A DNA stretch of 64,000 bases from an uncultured Oscillibacter sp. (GCA_910585165.1 CAJUBX010000001.1:6247-70246), one strand, 5' to 3'; positions 48,020-57,203 are shown, counted from the stretch's first letter. Numbers and translations: made by a program. The notes: generated by a model from the sequence alone, not told the origin.

Positions 48020-48208
48020 TCACTTGTAGCTCCAGCGGCCGACCTTGTTGCCGTTCACATCCATGACGGGACCGTCGGTACGCCCAGCCTCCAGCTCACA
48101 GATGACATCCAACAGAATACGGCGCACCTCCGTGGTGTAGGGGTCCAGGCCCTCTCCATTATCATCCCGGAACACCGCTCCGACGGTCTTGATTTCCAGC
48201 TTGAACAT
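48020..48208 (-). CDS. Hypothetical small protein (62 aa)
   Basis: ATG after GAGAGGTGA. Confidence 0.5.
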   Translation of the reverse strand: MFKLEIKTVGAVFRDDNGEGLDPYTTEVRRILLDVICELEAGRTDGPVMDVNGNKVGRWSYK

Positions 48209-48212
48209 CAGA

Positions 48213-48371
48213 TCACCTCTCATCTACGTTCCATTCCTCGAAAGTGGCGTTCAGACCACGGCACTTTCGGTTCTCAGCCGTACAGCGGTCTTCTGCCAGC
48301 TCTGGGGTTTTGCATACAGCGATGATGTGGTGGTCGTCACGGCAACCGCCGGTTACGATATACACTTTCAT
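48213..48371 (-). CDS. Hypothetical small protein (52 aa; below the ORF-track cutoff)
   Basis: ATG 7 nt after GAGGAGG. Hand-translated as MKVYIVTGGCRDDHHIIAVCKTPELAEDRCTAENRKCRGLNATFEEWNVDER. It fills the gap exactly. Confidence 0.45.
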   Translation of the reverse strand: MKVYIVTGGCRDDHHIIAVCKTPELAEDRCTAENRKCRGLNATFEEWNVDER

Positions 48372-48385
48372 ATCAGCTTACCTCC

Positions 48386-49150
48386 TCAGTATCCGTACTT
48401 TCCGAGGTGAGCTTCCTGCATCGTTTCCAGGCAGTCCTCCAGGGTATCTCCGGCATCCGTCCTGATGGTCCAGTGTTTGTTGTAGCCTCTGAAGTGGCGG
48501 AGCAGATGCAGGAGGCCAGGGTCGTTACGGTCTACCCACAGGGAGAAGTTCGGGAAGTCGGCCCCGGACGGGGAATGGACGAACCTCTTCTCTCCATTGG
48601 CTCGGTCCTCCTTCAGCTCTCTGGCCTCCAGGTCATAGACCCATTTGTAGACAGCCTCACGGCGGGCGGTCATCTCGGAATCAAACTGAAACTCGTCGCC
48701 ATAGTTGTAGCCATCTGGTCCGTCGCAGGAATGGTCTTCCGGGAACACACGGTAGCCGCCGAGGTCTGGAACCACCTTCACGGCGTCGAAGCTGGCTCCA
48801 AGACTATTCACGAGACGCAGGATTTCCGCCTCTGTGTACTCGAAACGTGCGTTTTTCTCGACCGTGCCGCGTTTTGAGCCACGTTTCTTAGGCAGCATGA
48901 CATGGTGCTTGTTGCAATCGTCGTTCGGCTTGTCATCCGTAATATAGTGGCAGTAATCCACAAAGCCGGTGTACTGCCACTGGAAAATCTGAGGGCTGCT
49001 ATGCTTTGTCCGCTCTGTTCCGGTGATTTCCAGGTACACCGCCCTTCCATCATCGAGATGGAAGGCGGTACGGATACGGCAGTTGCCGACGGTGGACTTG
49101 CTGATGTCCGCACCGCTCCAGCCGGCACCCTCGAAGTACAGGGTTTTCAT
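48386..49150 (-). CDS. Hypothetical protein (254 aa)
   Basis: ATG after GAGGAGGTG. ATGA overlap with the upstream gene. Confidence 0.6.
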   Translation of the reverse strand: MKTLYFEGAGWSGADISKSTVGNCRIRTAFHLDDGRAVYLEITGTERTKHSSPQIFQWQYTGFVDYCHYITDDKPNDDCNKHHVMLPKKRGSKRGTVEKNARFEYTEAEILRLVNSLGASFDAVKVVPDLGGYRVFPEDHSCDGPDGYNYGDEFQFDSEMTARREAVYKWVYDLEARELKEDRANGEKRFVHSPSGADFPNFSLWVDRNDPGLLHLLRHFRGYNKHWTIRTDAGDTLEDCLETMQEAHLGKYGY

Positions 49151-49527
49151 GCGGGCACCTCCTCTCTCTCAGCGAGCCGTCTGGCCGCTTCCTTCAGGAT
49201 GCTGACACCCTCGGAGTTGCTCGCAGAGGTGATGCCGTGCTTCCGGTACAGCATCCAAAGCCCCTGGCCGGTGGGCCGACAGTCGATTCCGTCGCACACA
49301 AAGCCGGAGGCCCAATCCCAGCGGCTCATGTCCGTGTTGTTCAGGTGCGGATCGCTCTTCAACTTCTCCCGGATGGTCTCCATCGGGAATGGGATGAAGC
49401 GGGCCACCTCGTCCAGCCCGCCGAGGAACTCAATGGCCCTCCCGTAGATGTCGGAGTGGCTCAGCCGCTCCCCAGTCTTTGCGTCGATGTAGCAACACTT
49501 GACGCCGATAGCTTCGTGAATAGTCAT
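49147..49527 (-). CDS. Hypothetical protein (126 aa)
   Basis: ATG after GGAAGGGGAG. Coupled to its neighbours. Confidence 0.55.
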   Translation of the reverse strand: MTIHEAIGVKCCYIDAKTGERLSHSDIYGRAIEFLGGLDEVARFIPFPMETIREKLKSDPHLNNTDMSRWDWASGFVCDGIDCRPTGQGLWMLYRKHGITSASNSEGVSILKEAARRLAEREEVPA

Positions 49528-49763
49528 TACTCTCTCCCCTTCCTGGCTTCCGCCATGATAGCATCCATGTTCTTCTCCAGCAGGAACATCATGTCCTGCT
49601 TCCGGCTCTCCAGCATCCCCCTCAACTCAGCCTGGACCGCCTCCGGGGTGATGCTGCGGCAGTTACAGTGAACCGCCAGAATCAGGTCATCGAAGGTCAG
49701 ACCGTCCAGCAGACTGTCGCTGGTCACAAGGTCCTCACCCAGCTTCCATTCTCTCTCAGGCAT
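49527..49763 (-). CDS. Hypothetical protein (78 aa)
   Basis: ATG after GGAGGTG. Confidence 0.5.
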   Translation of the reverse strand: MPEREWKLGEDLVTSDSLLDGLTFDDLILAVHCNCRSITPEAVQAELRGMLESRKQDMMFLLEKNMDAIMAEARKGRE

Positions 49764-49911
49764 CTTTGCCCACCTCCAAAATCTCGCCGGTCTTCTCATC
49801 GGCATCATATTCCCAGGCTTTCTCGCAAGCCTTGTCGATGGCCTCATCCTCCGACTCAGCCTCGACGGTCAGCGTCGTGATGGACGTGACCTTCACGGTG
49901 AACTCCTTCAT
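49756..49911 (-). CDS. Small DpnD/PcfM-like protein (51 aa)
   Basis: MKEFTVKVTSITTLTVEAESEDEAIDKA. ATG after AAGGAGG. Confidence 0.5.
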   Translation of the reverse strand: MKEFTVKVTSITTLTVEAESEDEAIDKACEKAWEYDADEKTGEILEVGKDA

Positions 49912-50600
49912 CAGATTGCCTCCTTGCGGCCCTGGGCGTGGGCGGCGGCCTGCACAGCCGCCACCCTGCCCAACAGGTTCCGACAATACTCGGCGGTTCT
50001 GGAGTGGTCCCTGTGCTGCTTAACTGCGTTCTGGAACTCCTTCCCGGTCGGATCGTCAGCATACTTCACGATTTCAGCGGCAGCCTTCCCAGCCAGCTCA
50101 TCCGCTTCGGTGGCCCGGTCACTTGCGAGCTGGCGGAGGTCTTCCAGGTCATCGGGACTCAGGACCATGGCTTCCAGCTTCTTGATGAACTCCTGTGCCT
50201 CATCCCTTGCCCGCTGCCTCTCGGCGATTTCCTGTCGGAGTTTTTCTTGCAGCTCCTTGACCTGGGATTCCAGGCTCTCGGCCCTGCCCTTCATGCTGTC
50301 CCCGAAGTCATTCTCGATGTTCTGCTCAGCATCCTCGAAGCACCCCTGGAAGGCGGTGGCGAGGTAGCTCTGCGGGCCCAACTCCTCGACCATCTTCCTG
50401 ATGGCCGCCAGCGTGTCCCGTTCCTGCTGCTTGGTGGCGCAGGTGTTCTCATGGTGAAGCTCAATGTTGGTGACCGTGAAGCCGAGACCCTTGTTCATGG
50501 AGGTGAAAAACTTGCGAGCAGCGGCCTCGGTGCGCTCTGTAATGATGGAATCGAAGCTGTCCCCGGCCTCGGTGGTGTAGGTGATTCTGTAATCGTTCAT
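49911..50600 (-). CDS. Hypothetical coiled-coil protein (229 aa), first gene of the P2 array
   Basis: ATG after GAAGGAGGA, 50 nt downstream of the P2 -10 box. Confidence 0.6.
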   Translation of the reverse strand: MNDYRITYTTEAGDSFDSIITERTEAAARKFFTSMNKGLGFTVTNIELHHENTCATKQQERDTLAAIRKMVEELGPQSYLATAFQGCFEDAEQNIENDFGDSMKGRAESLESQVKELQEKLRQEIAERQRARDEAQEFIKKLEAMVLSPDDLEDLRQLASDRATEADELAGKAAAEIVKYADDPTGKEFQNAVKQHRDHSRTAEYCRNLLGRVAAVQAAAHAQGRKEAI

Positions 50601-50655
50601 GGTGCATCCTCCTTCAAAAACTGACCGTCTTGGATAAGTTATTTATCATGCTCAC

Positions 50656-50684
50656 ATTCTAACTTACCGACACGGTAATGTCAA
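50656..50684 (-). promoter_or_regulatory. Promoter P2 with embedded palindromic operator
   Basis: Minus strand TTGACA-17 nt-TAGAAT. The spacer contains the palindrome TTACCGtgtCGGTAA (50664-50678). 39 nt (50655-50693) are identical to 57233-57271. Confidence 0.7.
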
Positions 50685-50794
50685 GTCAAAAATGAAAAAT
50701 AGCAAAATATTTTTTGCTATCCTCAAAACGCTTGATTTCCAGCACTTTTGAAGGAGCTGCGTGGCTTTTTCAGAAAATACGCACAGCTTCGCAA

Positions 50795-50809
50795 AACTTA
50801 CCGACACGG
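50795..50809. promoter_or_regulatory. Third (imperfect) copy of the operator
   Basis: aacTTACCGACACGG matches the operator plus 3 flanking nt. It lies about 130 bp upstream of the P2 operator, just after the stop of the HTH gene. Confidence 0.45.
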
Positions 50810-50819
50810 AAAGCTCCGA

Positions 50820-51293
50820 CTACTTCATCTCGCTCTCCGGGAGGCCGCTGTAACGCGCCCAGAACCGCTTAGACGCGTCCTTGCTCATGGGGGATATGTG
50901 ATTATAGCCGCCCTCCCAAACCTGGTAGTAGGCCACGAAATAGGCCCCTGACGGGTCTTTGAAGAGCTCCATGTAAAACTCGTCGCTGTGCTCCGCCTTG
51001 CTGGTGCAGAGAGACTCGGATTTGCTGGTGTCATAGGTCACACCCTCTACCATCTGAACCACCCGCGGGCTGCTGCTGTTCCCCAACAGGGGGAGCTCCG
51101 TTCCGGCGGCGCTGACCATCTTCACGGTGTATCCGGTCATACTCAGGGCTTTGGTCAGCTCATCGAAGGTCAGGGTGTCATTCTTCAGCCGGCCGCTGAG
51201 GTTCTGCGGGCTCCAGCCCATGAACTCGGCCAGCTCTCGCCGGGTCTTGCCTGCGCTCGCCAGGGCGGAGCGCACCATATCAGACGCCTTCAT
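50820..51293 (-). CDS. HTH (XRE/Cro-like) DNA-binding protein, last gene of the P1 array
   Basis: N-terminal KTRRELAEFMGWSPQNLSGRLKN helix-turn-helix, followed by a C-terminal domain of unknown function. Confidence 0.65.
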   Translation of the reverse strand: MKASDMVRSALASAGKTRRELAEFMGWSPQNLSGRLKNDTLTFDELTKALSMTGYTVKMVSAAGTELPLLGNSSSPRVVQMVEGVTYDTSKSESLCTSKAEHSDEFYMELFKDPSGAYFVAYYQVWEGGYNHISPMSKDASKRFWARYSGLPESEMK

Positions 51294-51735
51294 CTTCCTC
51301 TCCTCTCTCATCCAGCAGCCACTTCAGGCACTCGCGCTTGGTGTCGAAGTCCTCCGTCCAGGCATCGCCATCTCTGTTGTCTATGCCGGTAACTTTTGAG
51401 CCTACCACGAAGAACAGGCCACGGGGTCTCCGAGTGTCGATAACTTGGCATCCCTGAATCTCGCTGATCTCCATAGGCTTCGCGGCCATCTTCCGGGGGC
51501 ACCACCTGGGAACCGTCTTGATGTCGGGCTTATCGCTTGACCCTTTGGTGTATCCGATGAAGCAGGCCATGCGGTGGCTGCTGGGGCAAATCAGCTCAAA
51601 GGCAGAATGGGCATCCGGGTGATTGCAGAAGCAGTCACCTCTGGGCTTTGCCATGTGGCTATTGTTTCCGGTGTACCTTGCGCGGCCGCTCATTTTCATC
51701 ATGGGGCAGGTCGCACAGCGGATGTCATCTTTCAT
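51280..51735 (-). CDS. Cys-rich hypothetical protein
   Basis: ATG 6 nt after GAGGTG. CATCP...CFCNHP...CP...RWCP. Confidence 0.55.
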   Translation of the reverse strand: MKDDIRCATCPMMKMSGRARYTGNNSHMAKPRGDCFCNHPDAHSAFELICPSSHRMACFIGYTKGSSDKPDIKTVPRWCPRKMAAKPMEISEIQGCQVIDTRRPRGLFFVVGSKVTGIDNRDGDAWTEDFDTKRECLKWLLDERGEEDEGV

Positions 51736-51745
51736 TTCGTTCACC

Positions 51746-52075
51746 TCAATTCTTACTAATCAGGCCATAGAGCTGCCCAACGGAGACAATATCACGGATA
51801 AGTGCCTCTGTGAGCTCGGCTTTTTCTTCCTCGGTTGTGTAGAGCATAACCCTCCGTGCTCTGCTCGCAAAATTGGACATCTCCATCTTCAGGTTAATAT
51901 ACGCATTGTGCTCGTCCGCAGCTTCCGCCGCCGCTCTGAGGGCGGCAGCGATGTCCTCATTTCTGCGGAACGCACTATCATACCGGCTTGCCCCGGTCTC
52001 CTGGTAGTTCTGGAAAGCTGTGTCGGCCTTCTTCTGGAAGCTATCGGCCAGCTTCATCAGCTCTTTTTTGCTCAT
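51746..52075 (-). CDS. Hypothetical helical protein (109 aa)
   Basis: ATG after AGGAGGGAG. Confidence 0.55.
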   Translation of the reverse strand: MSKKELMKLADSFQKKADTAFQNYQETGASRYDSAFRRNEDIAAALRAAAEAADEHNAYINLKMEMSNFASRARRVMLYTTEEEKAELTEALIRDIVSVGQLYGLISKN

Positions 52076-52563
52076 AAATCTCCCTCCTGATAGTCGTAGT
52101 CGATGCAACCATCATCATCGGTGATGCGGGCCTCACGTTCATGCACCATGGCAAACCGGCACTCGCCTCCGTGATTGTACCGGCAGGTCTGGGACTCGCA
52201 CTCAATGCAGAGCTGCTTCAGGTAGACCAGTTTTGCAAACTGGTCCGTTCTGTCGATGCCGTCGCCGTACAGCAGGTAAGCCACGCCCTTGCTGTGCCGC
52301 CGGTCGAACCAGTGCCAGATTTCTTCCCGGCTCACACCCGGTCCCCAGCCCATGAACGCCTCCTCGATGCACTCAGTCTCCGGGTTCATCGGAACATCGG
52401 CGAACTGACGCCACATCTCCTCCAGGGCCGTGTCGCGGTCCCGCAGGGTTTCGATTTCCTCCAGGCCCTCGCGGATGGTTTCGTAGTCGGAGCTGCTGAT
52501 GGCGTCCCTGTTATACAGCCCGTAGGCAGTATCAAACGCCTTACCTTTCAGCGCAGTTGTCAT
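52072..52563 (-). CDS. Hypothetical protein with a C-terminal Cys cluster
   Basis: ATG after GAAGGTGG. EEIWHWFD motif; CIECESQTCRYNHGGEC. Confidence 0.55.
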   Translation of the reverse strand: MTTALKGKAFDTAYGLYNRDAISSSDYETIREGLEEIETLRDRDTALEEMWRQFADVPMNPETECIEEAFMGWGPGVSREEIWHWFDRRHSKGVAYLLYGDGIDRTDQFAKLVYLKQLCIECESQTCRYNHGGECRFAMVHEREARITDDDGCIDYDYQEGDL

Positions 52564-52937
52564 CCGAACACCACCTTCTCGAACAGGGCAAACTGGACAA
52601 TACAATCGGCATCGTTGGCGTCGATGTCGCCGGCGTCGATGGAGTTGTCCTCAACCTGCACATGGCAGCCCTGCTCAAAGTACAGCTTCACGCCGTTCAG
52701 GAACTTCTCCAGAGTCAGCTCCCACTTGTCGCTGCTCTCCGCATCATACAGGGTGAGCGAACCGCCGCGGCTGATCTGCTCGCTGGCGTACTCGCCCAGG
52801 TACTCACCGACAACCTTAGCCTTCCGGCACCAGTAGTTGATGCCGCCCTCCAGGGCGGCCACCATGATGTCATCGATGTCCTGCTGGGTCAGGCTGACCT
52901 CAATCTGAGGCCGGACAGTGAATTTTTTCTCACTCAT
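52560..52937 (-). CDS. Hypothetical protein (125 aa)
   Basis: ATG after GAGGAGG. Confidence 0.55.
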   Translation of the reverse strand: MSEKKFTVRPQIEVSLTQQDIDDIMVAALEGGINYWCRKAKVVGEYLGEYASEQISRGGSLTLYDAESSDKWELTLEKFLNGVKLYFEQGCHVQVEDNSIDAGDIDANDADCIVQFALFEKVVFG

Positions 52938-52941
52938 TTAC

Positions 52942-53601
52942 TTAAACCTCCTCAACACGAAAGTATTCCTCAATGCCCTGGTGGACAATGCGGTCGGTGC
53001 AGTTCTCGTCTTCTCCGTTGCTCCAGACTCGGGTGATGATGTTCGGCTGGCCTTCCGGCAGATCGGTGTCATCGTCGGAGAACTCGATAAGCGCCAGCGG
53101 CATATCATCGTCTGCATCCGGTCGGCGCAGGTCAACCCACACACCGGGGTGTTCCGAGTCGAAGCAGGATCGCACAATGACGGCTCCCAGCGGAGTATCC
53201 ACCCGCAACGTCGGCGGGATTTCCGGCGGCGCAGGTTTGGGCGGATTGCGCCAGCATCCATCTCCATTCACCCCGTAATCGCAGGGAGAGGGTTCCTCAG
53301 TGTGCCGACACTCATCGCAGAGCATGAGCCGTTCGCCACAGACCGGGCAGAACGCCTTGAAGCCCATCGTGTCGGTGTTCCACCGCATCTCGACCTCGCT
53401 TTCACAGTGGGGGCACATCTCGGTGACAATGTACGTCCGCTCCCGTTCATCGCTGATAGGCTCCACCGTCATGTCAGTCAGCTCGGAATCGAACCAGTCG
53501 ATTTCTTTTCCGGTGGCGATGGTCTTGGCCTGTTCCTCGTCATCGGCCTCAACTACTACATCCCCATATCGGAGCTCACTGACACGTACACGATACTTCA
53601 C
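52942..53601 (-). CDS. Hypothetical protein: DpnD/PcfM-like N-module plus zinc ribbon
   Basis: GTG 6 nt after GGAGGTG. YRVRVSELRYGDVVVEADDEEQAK; CPHC...CPVC...CDEC. Confidence 0.55.
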   Translation of the reverse strand: MKYRVRVSELRYGDVVVEADDEEQAKTIATGKEIDWFDSELTDMTVEPISDERERTYIVTEMCPHCESEVEMRWNTDTMGFKAFCPVCGERLMLCDECRHTEEPSPCDYGVNGDGCWRNPPKPAPPEIPPTLRVDTPLGAVIVRSCFDSEHPGVWVDLRRPDADDDMPLALIEFSDDDTDLPEGQPNIITRVWSNGEDENCTDRIVHQGIEEYFRVEEV

Positions 53602-54147
53602 TTAAATCACCTCCTCTCTGGTGATTGTGCCGGACATCCATGCTCCGGCGTAGGTCCCGATGCTGGGGAGGCGCTCCAGGAGACACCTCTTCATACCGTC
53701 CAGGTACTTCAGGTAGTGGCGGCCCTGGAGCCCGCTGAGGTGATCGTCGTAGGGGTCTTCTTTCTGGAGCAGCTCCACAGCCAGCGACCACTCATTGTCC
53801 TCGACGGCGATGTAGAACAGCTTGCTTTCCAGGATGACCCGGCGGGACCGTCCACCAAATCCAGGCTCGGTAAGCCATTTATCGAGCATCGGCCGCTCAA
53901 AGCTGGGGAACATCCTGACGAAGCTACTGATGAAGCACTCCAGGATGTCGTCCTCTTCCTCGGCGGTTCCCCACTCGTCGTAGAGCCACTCAATTCCGGT
54001 CAGCTCATCATAGCTGAGGTCGCCCATGAGCTGGGTTTCGGGATACTCGACTCCCGGTTCGTCCCGGCGGTACACATGGAAATGGTCGTTGTCAATGTAG
54101 TACAGGCCCTCATATTTGCCTGTCACGCAGACATTACCGCGTCCCAT
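53602..54147 (-). CDS. Hypothetical protein (181 aa)
   Basis: ATG after GAGGAGGG. Confidence 0.55.
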   Translation of the reverse strand: MGRGNVCVTGKYEGLYYIDNDHFHVYRRDEPGVEYPETQLMGDLSYDELTGIEWLYDEWGTAEEEDDILECFISSFVRMFPSFERPMLDKWLTEPGFGGRSRRVILESKLFYIAVEDNEWSLAVELLQKEDPYDDHLSGLQGRHYLKYLDGMKRCLLERLPSIGTYAGAWMSGTITREEVI

Positions 54148-54149
54148 AC

Positions 54150-54416
54150 TCAGCCCTCCTCGCTATCGAAACCGCGGACCATGCCCCACTCATTCAAAGG
54201 CAGAGGGGCCTCACCAGCCATGTCAAGCATAGCCTCATCCATGCCGCAGACGTTGCAGATGTGAACATCGACCCTCCGGCTAAGCGAGTTCTCCACCAGC
54301 CTGCCCCTCATGCGCGGATGCCCGCAACGAGGGCACGGAAGGCCGACCGCCAGCCCTTTCTCCTGCATCCTCCCCACGCCTTCCAGCATCTGTCTGGCCT
54401 GTTCAATCGTTCGCAT
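54150..54416 (-). CDS. Small zinc-ribbon protein (88 aa)
   Basis: CPRCGHP...CNVCG. Confidence 0.5.
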   Translation of the reverse strand: MRTIEQARQMLEGVGRMQEKGLAVGLPCPRCGHPRMRGRLVENSLSRRVDVHICNVCGMDEAMLDMAGEAPLPLNEWGMVRGFDSEEG

Positions 54417-54429
54417 ACGTTGCTCCTTT

Positions 54430-54819
54430 CTACGCATTACGGGCATTCTCGGCCCACTCATCCGCTTCCTCGCGGGTCTCGAAGTAGTCGTTGTACTCAT
54501 CGAAGTTCTTTCCCTCGACCGACGTGCTCTCAGGCTTCTCGGCAGCCTTCACGGCGTAGACGCTCACGGCCACCCTGCCGTCATCAAAGTATTTCTGGCA
54601 GACCCGCCAGAAGGTCCTCTCCTCTCCATCCTCGCGGACCAGCAGGTCGTGGATGAGGTACTTCCGGCCCTCTCCGTCCTGGTAGAACATCTCCCGGACC
54701 TTCTCCGGGCAGGGTTTCCGGCTCTCAATAAACCGCTGGGCCGCCTCCAGGCTGCCGTACGCCTCCTGAGACAGCTTCTCGATGCCGCCGGTTCGGACGG
54801 CTACCGCATACACTCTCAT
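54430..54819 (-). CDS. Hypothetical protein (129 aa)
   Basis: ATG after TAAGGAGGA. Confidence 0.55.
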   Translation of the reverse strand: MRVYAVAVRTGGIEKLSQEAYGSLEAAQRFIESRKPCPEKVREMFYQDGEGRKYLIHDLLVREDGEERTFWRVCQKYFDDGRVAVSVYAVKAAEKPESTSVEGKNFDEYNDYFETREEADEWAENARNA

Positions 54820-54832
54820 GGCTCGTTCCTCC

Positions 54833-55129
54833 TTACTTCATTTTGTGGATGGTGTACACCTGCTGATTCTTCAGCGGAACCACCCTTTCCTCGAACTCCT
54901 CGTCGCTCATCGGAATCAGATAGAACCGGAGCTCATCCAGCTCCCCGTCATCGTTGTAGAGCTTCCGGCCATACAGCACATGGTCAGCCCCGGTTTCAGC
55001 CAGCAGCTTCCGGGCTTCGACCTCGAACCGTTGGAGGTTCTCCTGCATCTTCTTCCGGGGCATCCGGCCAGATTCGACAGGCCCCACCTTGGGCCAGTAG
55101 GACCAGCGGACCCATCCAGGTTCACTCAT
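54833..55129 (-). CDS. Hypothetical protein (98 aa)
   Basis: ATG 7 nt after AAGGAGGTG. Confidence 0.5.
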   Translation of the reverse strand: MSEPGWVRWSYWPKVGPVESGRMPRKKMQENLQRFEVEARKLLAETGADHVLYGRKLYNDDGELDELRFYLIPMSDEEFEERVVPLKNQQVYTIHKMK

Positions 55130-55400
55130 CGCCCTGCACCTCCTTCTTTGGCCACACGGTAGAATCGCCGAACTGACACAGACAGCCGAGCCAGTAGGAC
55201 GGCCCAGGGGCGACACGGTGGTAGCTTTCGTACTCAATGTACTTCTTGACCTCCTCCATCTTGGCGGCGAACTCGTCGTAGCTGGATTTCTGGGCCAACT
55301 TGTAGCAGTCCTTACGGCCCTGCGAGAACGCATCGTAATCGAAGGTGTCGCCCATAATTGATTGCAGGGAATTCACGTCCATCGTCACCTTGATACTCAT
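55122..55400 (-). CDS. Hypothetical protein (92 aa)
   Basis: ATG after AAAGGAGA. Confidence 0.5.
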   Translation of the reverse strand: MSIKVTMDVNSLQSIMGDTFDYDAFSQGRKDCYKLAQKSSYDEFAAKMEEVKKYIEYESYHRVAPGPSYWLGCLCQFGDSTVWPKKEVQGDE

Positions 55401-55413
55401 GGTCTTTCTCCTT

Positions 55414-55596
55414 TCAGTTTTCTAAGTTGTCGCAGTCCTCGTCTTCCCAATCGGGGAGACTGTCCAGGAACCGCTGGATAAACGGGATATGCGGAAACAC
55501 ATAGTCGGCAATCAGGCAGCCGATAAACAAGATGAGCAGGTAGCCCGTCAGGATGGCAAGGGCCACCACCGCTTCATCCAACAGCTCAGGTGTCAA
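55414..55596 (-). CDS. Small single-TM protein (60 aa)
   Basis: TTG start after GAAGGGGA. Hydrophobic core ALAILTGYLLILFIGCLI. Confidence 0.45.
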   Translation of the reverse strand: MTPELLDEAVVALAILTGYLLILFIGCLIADYVFPHIPFIQRFLDSLPDWEDEDCDNLEN

Positions 55597-55848
55597 TCAG
55601 CTCATCCCCTTCTCGCCGTTCTTCAGGATATACTCCAGCAAGGCGATCTGGTCGCGGAGGCTCCTGATTTCCTCGACCGCCCGTCCGATGCTGTTGATGT
55701 CGCTCTCCAGACACCCGCGAGCGATTTCTTCGGCGGTGCGCTTGCTGACGTTCTTAGCGAGGCACAGGCGGAGCCCCTCGCATTCCTTCTCCTTCCACTC
55801 CAGGGCTTTTCGCAGGTTCTCAATCCTGCTCTCAATGTAGCTCTTCAT
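55597..55848 (-). CDS. Hypothetical coiled-coil protein (83 aa)
   Basis: ATG after GAGGAG. Confidence 0.5.
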   Translation of the reverse strand: MKSYIESRIENLRKALEWKEKECEGLRLCLAKNVSKRTAEEIARGCLESDINSIGRAVEEIRSLRDQIALLEYILKNGEKGMS

Positions 55849-55862
55849 CTCGTTCTCCTCTT

Positions 55863-56495
55863 TCAAGCCACCAACTGCTTCCAGCCAGGGGTTTTGCCGA
55901 CGAACTCGGCCCAATCCCAATCCCGCCGGCTGAACAGATGTCGGAAATGGCGCGGCATGGAGTTTACGGCAAAGTTGCGGATGGCCTGCTTCCGCTCCCG
56001 GCCGGTCACAAGCCTTGCCTCCCAGCCGATGACCTCGACATATTCGGCGTTCAGGAAGACCCGCTCTCCGGCCACCTCGATGCCCACACGCTCCTCATCC
56101 ATCCGGCTGTACTGGTTATACCGGGTCCCGACCCAGAACACCACGCCCTCGGTCCCCTTTGGCACCTTTCGGCCTCGGATCACCCTCACTGTGTCGCCCT
56201 TCTGGACCTTCTTGGCGTTGGAGGGATTGGTGCGGAGGTCGAAGTGCTCTCTCCCCAGACGCTTGTACCAGCGGTACACCTCCCGCAGCACTTCCGGGGT
56301 GGCGTCAATCTCAGCGCGACCGCCGCCGCCGGCTCTGGTGGTGTCGTACTCGACCTCAACCAGTTTCTGCTTCTCCCTGTCCCAGCAAATGGCGTACCAG
56401 TCAGAGTCGTTCAGCCCGTTGCGCTCATATGTGCTGAGGACACAGCCCACATACTCAGGCTCGGTCTTGCCATAGATACCAGCGATAACTGCCAT
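55863..56495 (-). CDS. Hypothetical protein (210 aa) with a KOW/SH3-like segment
   Basis: ATG after GGAAGGGGGG. KGDTVRVIRGRKVPKGTEGVV. Confidence 0.55.
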   Translation of the reverse strand: MAVIAGIYGKTEPEYVGCVLSTYERNGLNDSDWYAICWDREKQKLVEVEYDTTRAGGGGRAEIDATPEVLREVYRWYKRLGREHFDLRTNPSNAKKVQKGDTVRVIRGRKVPKGTEGVVFWVGTRYNQYSRMDEERVGIEVAGERVFLNAEYVEVIGWEARLVTGRERKQAIRNFAVNSMPRHFRHLFSRRDWDWAEFVGKTPGWKQLVA

Positions 56496-56511
56496 TTCAA
56501 GCCCCCCTTCC

Positions 56512-56829
56512 CTACACCAGATACGGCAGTTCATACTTCACGAAGTCGGCCGCCAGCCTCGCGGCCTCAGCCTCCAGGTCCACCACCCAACCGTGCAGGT
56601 AGCCGTCGCGGGCTTCGCGGTTCTCCCAGTTCTCCCGGCTCAGGCCGATGCTGTCGATGACCATGTAGCCGTCGTGGTCGATACCGAACAGCGGCTCGCC
56701 ATACTTCTGCATCCACTCGGCCTCGTCCTTCAGCTCTTCATCACCGGCCTTGGCGACGTACTCGACCGTGCAGCGGTCGAAGTTGTAGCGGAACAGCTTG
56801 CCGTCCAGCTTGTAAACCTTGCTCTTCAT
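56512..56829 (-). CDS. Hypothetical protein (105 aa)
   Basis: ATG after GGGAGG. Confidence 0.5.
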   Translation of the reverse strand: MKSKVYKLDGKLFRYNFDRCTVEYVAKAGDEELKDEAEWMQKYGEPLFGIDHDGYMVIDSIGLSRENWENREARDGYLHGWVVDLEAEAARLAADFVKYELPYLV

Positions 56830-56961
56830 ATCATTACCTCCCGGCCTCTCGGCCTGTTTCATTCGTTTTCGGGGACTGACTTCCCACGACTGCGGGCCTT
56901 CGGCTTGCTCCCGGTATTCCGGGAGCTCCGCAGTTTCGGCCGGTTGTCATCCGGCTCTCAT

Positions 56962-57171
56962 TCAGGCGGGCAATTCAGATGCTGTGGTGGGATTTCCGTA
57001 TTTTTCTTTCACCCACGCATCCGTCACGGCCTCCAGCTTCTTCAGGAGTTCCTTACTGTCAACCTTGTAATCTTGGCAAATTTTTTTCGTCAGCCCCTCC
57101 AGCCCAATGAAAATGCCCTCCAGCGCATAGATTTCGTCAATCGTCAAGGTGTCGATTGTCATAACTTTCAT
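56962..57171 (-). CDS. Hypothetical small protein (69 aa), first gene of the P1 array
   Basis: First ORF downstream of P1. Confidence 0.5.
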   Translation of the reverse strand: MKVMTIDTLTIDEIYALEGIFIGLEGLTKKICQDYKVDSKELLKKLEAVTDAWVKEKYGNPTTASELPA

Positions 57172-57203
57172 CCTTTCTGGCCTTTCAGCCCTCTGCTCAA
57201 ATT

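Noticed and set aside
50868-50882. The 15-mer shared with 57656-57670 as evidence that the non-coding island is a decayed copy of the HTH gene.
   Set aside because: Similarity does not extend beyond about 20 nt on either side, so a shared short binding motif is more plausible than a pseudogene.
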